A stretch of 46,052 nucleotides of DNA from a virus, in IMG/VR virus record IMGVR_UViG_3300045988_022330, positions 1 through 46,052 of that record; one strand, written 5' to 3'. This document shows, piece by piece, positions 41,536 through 46,052 of this stretch. Position 1 is the stretch's first letter. The number at the start of each line of letters is the position of its first letter. The notes beneath the pieces are model-generated. The model searched no databases. It saw only the letters and a program-made list of their open reading frames with translations, and had not been told where the DNA came from. The position numbers were made by a program, and so were the translations under genes.

Positions 41536-42370
41536 CTTTCAAATACTCAATAGCCCCGGCAACGTTCAATCTTTGCGTTGGGGCTTTGTATTCGGGTTTC
41601 AAATGCAACTTTTTCTTTTCGACGTCCCCCCGTATGAAATTGCGGACGGTCGCCAACCAACCGTTTTTAGTTCGCTTCATATTCTTTTGGTCGCTCCAAT
41701 CGCTAACCGAATGAAAGTAATAAACCAAATCGACCTTTTCAAATTCCGGGGTCGCAAACTTACTTTCAAACTCGGAATAATCCACGCCAACGCCGTTTTC
41801 AAATTTAACCATTTTGTAAACGTCGGAATTGCGGAATAACGTTTTTTTCTCCTTTGGTTCCTCAACCTTTGGTTCGTCGGGGAACAAAGACGCAAAAGCA
41901 TTTTGCGGCGTATTACTTGGATTAGTATTTAGTGTATTTGAGTCTTTAGTAAGATTAGTATTTATTAATGTCGGCTTTCCCGTATCGGGTTTTTCCGTTT
42001 CGGGATTTACCGCAACCGGATTTTCCGTTTGTGGCGCATCCATAAACGGGTTTTCCGTTTGTGGTTCAAACTCTTTAATATCGCTAACCTCGTAATCACA
42101 CCCGACGAACGTTCCGCCGTCGCCACGAACTTTGCAACGTTGGCAATATCCGTTCGTTATCAATTCACGTAATCCGGCGGCGGTTGCGTCCCGTCCGTCC
42201 TTTGACCTATTTTTTAAATCGGACAAATTCAATTGCCAATCCGGGGGTAAACTCATAATATACGTTATCAATCCCTTTGCTTTCCAACTCAAATTTACGT
42301 CCTGTAAATATTCGTTGCGGACGGTCGTAAAATTACCCGTCCTTTTGGTTCGTCTGATAGTATCCGCCAT
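41525..42370 (-). CDS. Replication initiator / replisome organiser with an N-terminal winged-helix (HTH_36-like) domain (281 aa)
   Basis: FTTVRNEYLQD.NLSWKAKGLITYIMSLPPDWQLNLSDL...SKDGRDATAAGLRELI..GY is the typical N-terminus of phage/plasmid DnaD/O-like initiators. The low-complexity linker is encoded by the iteron DNA. Confidence 0.7.
   Translation of the reverse strand: MADTIRRTKRTGNFTTVRNEYLQDVNLSWKAKGLITYIMSLPPDWQLNLSDLKNRSKDGRDATAAGLRELITNGYCQRCKVRGDGGTFVGCDYEVSDIKEFEPQTENPFMDAPQTENPVAVNPETEKPDTGKPTLINTNLTKDSNTLNTNPSNTPQNAFASLFPDEPKVEEPKEKKTLFRNSDVYKMVKFENGVGVDYSEFESKFATPEFEKVDLVYYFHSVSDWSDQKNMKRTKNGWLATVRNFIRGDVEKKKLHLKPEYKAPTQRLNVAGAIEYLKDDY
41905..42064. promoter_or_regulatory. Candidate origin of replication: three 17-18-bp iterons with core TTTTCCGTTT at exact 30-bp phasing, plus an adjacent AT-rich tract
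   Basis: Core ttttccgttt at 41991..42000, 42021..42030 and 42051..42060. Full repeats gg(g/a)tttt(t)ccgttt(g/c)(t/g)gg. AT-rich 41905..41970 carries attagtattta twice (41921, 41954). All of this lies inside the initiator ORF. Confidence 0.55.
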
Positions 42371-43086
42371 TATTCGCCGCCCTCCAATTTTTTAACGGGT
42401 TCCCATGCTTTACGTACTTTCAAAACATTGTCGGCACTCTCATTGGGAACCAACGACACGACGGGAAAACGGGAACGGTCGCCCGGTTTTTGCGTCGTGG
42501 CAAATTGTACATTCAAATCAAAGATAATGCCTTTGCAAAATCCCCGTTCCGCTAACATACCGTCGAACGTTTCCCGAATTTGCGGGATTGTGGACGCCGT
42601 TCCCTTTGTGGCAAATTGCCAAACCCCGGCAACCCCACGAACCAAAGGAACAATAAAGTTTAGCGTTAATGTAACCTCCCAACCGTCGCAATCGGGTTGG
42701 CGGCTCTTTTTGTTCGGGTAACGCTTCGTTATTGACTGCATTAAATTTGGGTATTTTTCCGTTGTCAACGTTTCGTATTTCTTTCCGTCCCATACTTGGA
42801 ACGTGTCGCCATCGCCCGCCGCAATCAATCGCCCGTCGTCGTCCCGGTATTCGTAACGTTCGTTACATACTTTTGCCGGGTCGTCGTCCGGGAAAACAAT
42901 TTGTATTGTTTGCGGCTTTTCGCCGTATGCCTGTGTAAATAACCCGGCATACTTTCCCGTTGGTATGAAATAATCAACGCTTTGCGGGTACCCGTTGGCG
43001 TTTTTCATGCCTATTTTTATTTGACCTACACGGGGCAATATCAAACGGGATTGTTGCGCCTCCGGTCGTTTTATTCTTCCTTTCAT
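42370..43086 (-). CDS. Hypothetical protein (238 aa), possibly phiC31 gp3-like / recombination-associated
   Basis: LPRVGQIKIGMKNANGYPQSVDYF...YGEKP..I.IVFP resembles, from memory, the N-terminal pattern of gp3-like recombination-directionality-factor-like proteins. Adjacent to the exonuclease. Confidence 0.3.
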   Translation of the reverse strand: MKGRIKRPEAQQSRLILPRVGQIKIGMKNANGYPQSVDYFIPTGKYAGLFTQAYGEKPQTIQIVFPDDDPAKVCNERYEYRDDDGRLIAAGDGDTFQVWDGKKYETLTTEKYPNLMQSITKRYPNKKSRQPDCDGWEVTLTLNFIVPLVRGVAGVWQFATKGTASTIPQIRETFDGMLAERGFCKGIIFDLNVQFATTQKPGDRSRFPVVSLVPNESADNVLKVRKAWEPVKKLEGGE

Positions 43087-43093
43087 AACTCAA

Positions 43094-44443
43094 TTATATT
43101 TCGGGGTCGTCGTTCAACATCTTTTTCCTACTCTCGTTTTTGGGCTTTTTAGGCTCATTTGCGGGCTTCATTTTCTTTTCCGGTGCATTATCCCGCTTTG
43201 CTGCCGTTTTGTCCTTGGTGGCTTTCTTTTGCGCCTCCTTTGTCGTTTTACCGGAACGTTTAACAATATTCGCTTTCTTAATCTCCGGTTCCGGGGTCGG
43301 TTCCGGTGCGTCCGCCTTAACTTTTTCGGCGGCATCCGTTTTTTCGTCCGGGGTTTGTTCTTTAGGGGCTTTCGTCTTAATCAATTCCGCTAACGATAGA
43401 GATATTACGTTTTGCGACAAATCCGGTGCGTTATCCAACAATACCATACCATTAACCGACGTAAATGTATTATCTTTCTTTTCGTCCTCAATCGCTGCAA
43501 TCTCTAACAGATAAGGGATTTTACGAATATTAGGGCTTTCGGTTTGCTCTTTCAAATTATACGTTGGACGTTTGCGCCAATCTTTCGGGCTAAAATTGAA
43601 TATACGTGTAACCGGGAATTGTTCAAAGTTCACATTCCACATATCCCGATACATCCCTAATTGAATTTCGCTTTCCTCGTAAAACCCTTTACGTCCGCTT
43701 TTGAAATCCACTATTGCGTTAATACGTTCGTCGTCGCCAATCTTCGATAACATCGTACACGGGCAATCAATCATCCCGGCATACTTGTAATGCGGATGCA
43801 CTAAAGCAATTTCAACCGCCAACGGGCGTACATCGTAATCCAATACAAATTGAGCAAACGCCAATACATCTTTTTTCAAATCATCGGCGTAATAAATGAA
43901 ATCATCCGGCAATCGGTAAACCTCAATATATTCTTTTAGTTTCCCTTTCAACCCGTCCAAATCATAAGCCCGGTTAATTAATAATTCCTCAAATGCGGCG
44001 TGCATAAACGTACCATACGCCGCCCGTTCGCCTTTGTATCGTTCCGCTTCCTCAATTCCCTTTGATGCAATCCATTGAATTAAATGCGGGGCTTTAGGCA
44101 TGGTTTGGGATAAGATAGTTGTAACCGACGGGAAAAACTCCGGGTTCCCGTTATCGTCGTATCGGTAATAATAACGGTGTCCTTTGCTATTTAATTGCCA
44201 AACCTTGTACGGGGGTTCTATCAACGTTTTTTCGTCGAAAAACATAGCCGTCATTTCCTCAACCGTCATGCCCGGCAATATTTCAAATATTCCGGTTGGT
44301 TGTTCAACTTCAACCGCTTCAAACGGTGGGATTATTTGTTGTTGTTCCTCTGTTATATTGGGGAATTGGTCGGCGGGTACACCTCCCATACTTTCAACCG
44401 TTTTTTGCACCGGGTTTTCCGGTTCCTTTTTATTCGTTCTCAT
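43094..44443 (-). CDS. PD-(D/E)XK (RecB/Cas4-like) exonuclease with a Lys-rich C-terminal tail (449 aa)
   Basis: Motifs GTFMHAAFE, GMIDCPC, IVDFKSGRK (DxK) and EIQLGMY (QxxxY). C-terminal ~90 aa are rich in K/P/E/A. Confidence 0.7.
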   Translation of the reverse strand: MRTNKKEPENPVQKTVESMGGVPADQFPNITEEQQQIIPPFEAVEVEQPTGIFEILPGMTVEEMTAMFFDEKTLIEPPYKVWQLNSKGHRYYYRYDDNGNPEFFPSVTTILSQTMPKAPHLIQWIASKGIEEAERYKGERAAYGTFMHAAFEELLINRAYDLDGLKGKLKEYIEVYRLPDDFIYYADDLKKDVLAFAQFVLDYDVRPLAVEIALVHPHYKYAGMIDCPCTMLSKIGDDERINAIVDFKSGRKGFYEESEIQLGMYRDMWNVNFEQFPVTRIFNFSPKDWRKRPTYNLKEQTESPNIRKIPYLLEIAAIEDEKKDNTFTSVNGMVLLDNAPDLSQNVISLSLAELIKTKAPKEQTPDEKTDAAEKVKADAPEPTPEPEIKKANIVKRSGKTTKEAQKKATKDKTAAKRDNAPEKKMKPANEPKKPKNESRKKMLNDDPEI

Positions 44444-44654
44444 ACTTCTTACACTTTTTTAATTCAGAAAAACCACATATTACCATCGCAACACTTATTC
44501 CAAAGAATAATAATTGAGCGGGGTTATAAAACGCACCTATCAGACAAATAACGCCTAATATGCCGAATATACCTATTATCGCTTTAGCTTGGAATCTATC
44601 GGAAAACATTGTTTCCGCCATCCGTTCAAACCACTTTAAGCCGTTATTCTTCAT
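44430..44654 (-). CDS. Small membrane protein, 2 TM (74 aa from the ATG at 44654)
   Basis: AIIGIFGILGVICLIGAF and LLFFGISVAMVICGF. The track start at 44705 would overlap the HTH gene by 62 nt. Confidence 0.5.
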   Translation of the reverse strand: MKNNGLKWFERMAETMFSDRFQAKAIIGIFGILGVICLIGAFYNPAQLLFFGISVAMVICGFSELKKCKKYENE

Positions 44655-44889
44655 AGCCAAATAAATAATTAGGGGTGCAATTACACATTTCGCAAATGAT
44701 AACAACCCATTCCGGGCGTATCTGTTTGGTCGTACCGTTACATAAGTTAGTCATATTAACTTGTTGTGCACTTTCGGTGCGTCCCTCCCATAGACGGGCG
44801 GCAACTTCTTTTTTATACACCTTAATTCCGGCGGTTTGCGCCCTTGCAATCGCTTCGTTTACTCTTAACTTTGTTTCTTTAATTTCCAT
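44644..44889 (-). CDS. XRE-family helix-turn-helix transcriptional regulator (81 aa)
   Basis: VAARLWEGRTESAQQVNMTNLCNGTTKQIRPEWVVIICEMCNCTPNYLFG is an HTH_3-like pattern including the terminal .p.yLfG. Confidence 0.75.
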   Translation of the reverse strand: MEIKETKLRVNEAIARAQTAGIKVYKKEVAARLWEGRTESAQQVNMTNLCNGTTKQIRPEWVVIICEMCNCTPNYLFGYEE

Positions 44890-44906
44890 CTTTCAGTATT
44901 TTATAA

Positions 44907-45338
44907 TTAATAACTCGGTTCACTACTCACTTTATAGCCACATATCGGACACGTTTTTTCCTCCCATATAATCCGGTAATTCGGTTCATTATCATAGCCG
45001 CAATATTCGGGTTTATATTCGCCGTCGGTTACTTCCATTTCCCCGCCGCAAAACGGGCAATCGCCATCGCCGAACAAATCCAAATCCGGCACAATGGAAT
45101 ATACCCGTTTGATATACACGCCCAACGCCTCGGAAATAGCCGCATAACAATTGGCGGTTTGTTCCTCGGTTACGTCCTCATTGATTGCGTCGAAAACGGA
45201 ACCGCCCCAAATTTCCGGGTCGTCCTCTATAACTTTGTTTTTCAGTAATTCCGAAATGATAATTTCGGCAACTTGGTTGGCTGTTTTCCCGCTATCGGTT
45301 GCCAATCGGTTTAATAAATCGCTCTCTTTTATCTTCAT
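44907..45338 (-). CDS. Zinc-ribbon protein (143 aa), first gene of the early operon
   Basis: ATG at 45338 (MKIKESDLL...). The track start at 45380 is a TTG inside the -7 promoter box. C-terminal CPFCGG...CPICG. Confidence 0.6.
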   Translation of the reverse strand: MKIKESDLLNRLATDSGKTANQVAEIIISELLKNKVIEDDPEIWGGSVFDAINEDVTEEQTANCYAAISEALGVYIKRVYSIVPDLDLFGDGDCPFCGGEMEVTDGEYKPEYCGYDNEPNYRIIWEEKTCPICGYKVSSEPSY

Positions 45339-45345
45339 ATCTTTG

Positions 45346-45361
45346 CCGGGTAACTCCCCGG
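45346..45361 (-). repeat. Promoter-proximal leader stem-loop
   Basis: ccggg-taactc-cccgg between the -7 box (45378) and the ATG (45338). Confidence 0.55.
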
Positions 45362-45377
45362 TGAGTTTTTGTTTCTG

Positions 45378-45408
45378 CAAAAGTATAAATTATATTTGTA
45401 TTACCAAA
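45378..45408 (-). promoter_or_regulatory. Bacteroidota-type promoter (-33 TTTG, 19 nt, -7 TACTTTTG), early operon
   Basis: Minus strand reads atTTTTGgtaatacaaatataatttaTACTTTTGcag. It shares the TTTGGTAATA -33 context with the other two strong promoters. Confidence 0.65.
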
Positions 45409-45534
45409 AATAAAACCTTTGAATATTTTATTTATTCCCTTGATATGGTTGTAATACAGATTAAAAACACTAATTTTGTTGCACCGCATAACCCTATAAA
45501 CATCGCTCTCGGTTACTGCGTAACACCCCCGGCG

Positions 45535-46044
45535 TTACTTCATTGCGTCGGGGGTTCTTCTTTCCATATATGCCAATCGGTAAATATCTCCATAATATCC
45601 CGTCTTTTTCGTCATTCGTTCAATTTCCGGCAAATCATATTCCCCAAATACAACATACTCATACCCCAATAAATCGGGGTCGTTCAATGCAAATTCAAAT
45701 GTAATGTCAACGTATTTGTCGCCAACCCTATTAAATGCGTGGTCTATTGGGATAAATGCGTTGGTTTTGCCCTCGCAATATCGCACCCGCTCCGGGAACA
45801 ATTGGCAAAGCAAATGCGCATTACGATAACATTGTTGCTTTTGGGGCTTCAAAACGTCCCGGATAATCTTTAATTCGTAATCGCTGAATACGTCCGCCGC
45901 CCGGACAATCTCAACACGTTTTGCCACAGCGATTGTATCGGTTAAATATTGCTCCTGTTTGGGATTTAATCCCAATCGTATAAAGTCCTGCATTTCTTTA
46001 ATAATAATACTTTCCATACCATACCTTTTAATCATGTATTCCAA
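45535..46044 (-). CDS. Hypothetical protein with a transglutaminase/papain-like Cys-His-Asp arrangement (169 aa); spans the circular junction
   Basis: QQCYRNAHLLCQLFPERVRYCEG.......IDHAFNRVGDKYVDIT resembles the transglutaminase-core pattern C..fA.l....lr..gi.aRyv.G.......HaW.ev....W..lD.T (C72, H102, D113). The start at 46044 equals position 111 in the first repeat copy. Confidence 0.4.
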   Translation of the reverse strand: MEYMIKRYGMESIIIKEMQDFIRLGLNPKQEQYLTDTIAVAKRVEIVRAADVFSDYELKIIRDVLKPQKQQCYRNAHLLCQLFPERVRYCEGKTNAFIPIDHAFNRVGDKYVDITFEFALNDPDLLGYEYVVFGEYDLPEIERMTKKTGYYGDIYRLAYMERRTPDAMK

Positions 46045-46052
46045 ACTCGCAA
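45934..46052. repeat. Terminal direct repeat, copy 2 (identical to 1..119)
   Basis: See copy 1. Confidence 0.9.

Noticed and set aside
44430-44889. Lysogeny switch or toxin-antitoxin reading of the XRE HTH gene plus the small membrane protein
   Set aside because: There is no divergent promoter, integrase, excisionase or CI-sized repressor. Both genes lie mid-operon in the same orientation. An early Cro-like regulator is the simpler reading.
1280-45361. CRISPR-like or MITE-like interpretation of the repeated GC hairpins
   Set aside because: Spacing is irregular (hundreds to thousands of bp) and each copy sits in a gene-to-gene gap. There are no uniform spacers and no terminal inverted repeats with target-site duplications. 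They behave as regulatory or structural RNA elements, not as an array or a transposon.
45490-45534. Terminator downstream of the 169-aa gene, and a 23-codon ORF with the GAGCGATG start context
   Set aside because: Only 5-bp stems (gtaac/gttac) and no convincing U-tract. The mini-ORF is very short and hydrophobic with no support beyond the shared start context.

Overview
The window is one complete tailed dsDNA phage genome. The first 119 bp repeat exactly at 45934..46052, so the unit length is 45933 bp, either circularly closed or terminally redundant. Every credible gene lies on the minus strand. The plus-strand ORFs in the track look like shadow frames. Promoter-like sites fit the Bacteroidota consensus (TTTG, 19-20 nt, TAnnTTTG), which points to a Bacteroidota host. 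I saw no tRNA, rRNA, CRISPR array, integrase or reverse transcriptase. Reading in the direction of transcription (high to low coordinates): (1) An early/DNA-metabolism operon runs from about 45400 to the terminator near 27700. It encodes an XRE HTH protein, a PD-(D/E)XK exonuclease, a replication initiator with internal iterons, a DPPY DNA methyltransferase and a RuvC-like resolvase. It also encodes an SMC/Rad50-like ATPase, a TIGR02757/DUF2400 glycosylase-fold protein, a DnaQ-like exonuclease, two HNH proteins and SSB. It ends with a SplB-like radical SAM gene coupled to an ASCH-domain gene, a lipoprotein and several small cysteine-rich proteins. (2) The late operon begins with a free-standing HNH homing endonuclease, followed by terS, terL, portal, scaffold and major capsid. 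It continues through connector/tail genes, a 1164-aa tape measure and a tail tip/fibre cassette. It ends with holin, amidase and a spanin-like protein, then the terminator at 2551..2584. (3) A short promoter-driven cluster of small genes (2299 down to 95) wraps across the window junction to 45535. The candidates most worth follow-up are the radical SAM/ASCH module and the DUF2400 glycosylase-like plus SMC-like ATPase pair, which may act on DNA bases. Also worth follow-up are the 30-bp-phased iterons inside the initiator gene and a family of GC-rich stem-loops that sit just after promoters and just before start codons. All functional calls come from motif recognition by eye; no database search was run.
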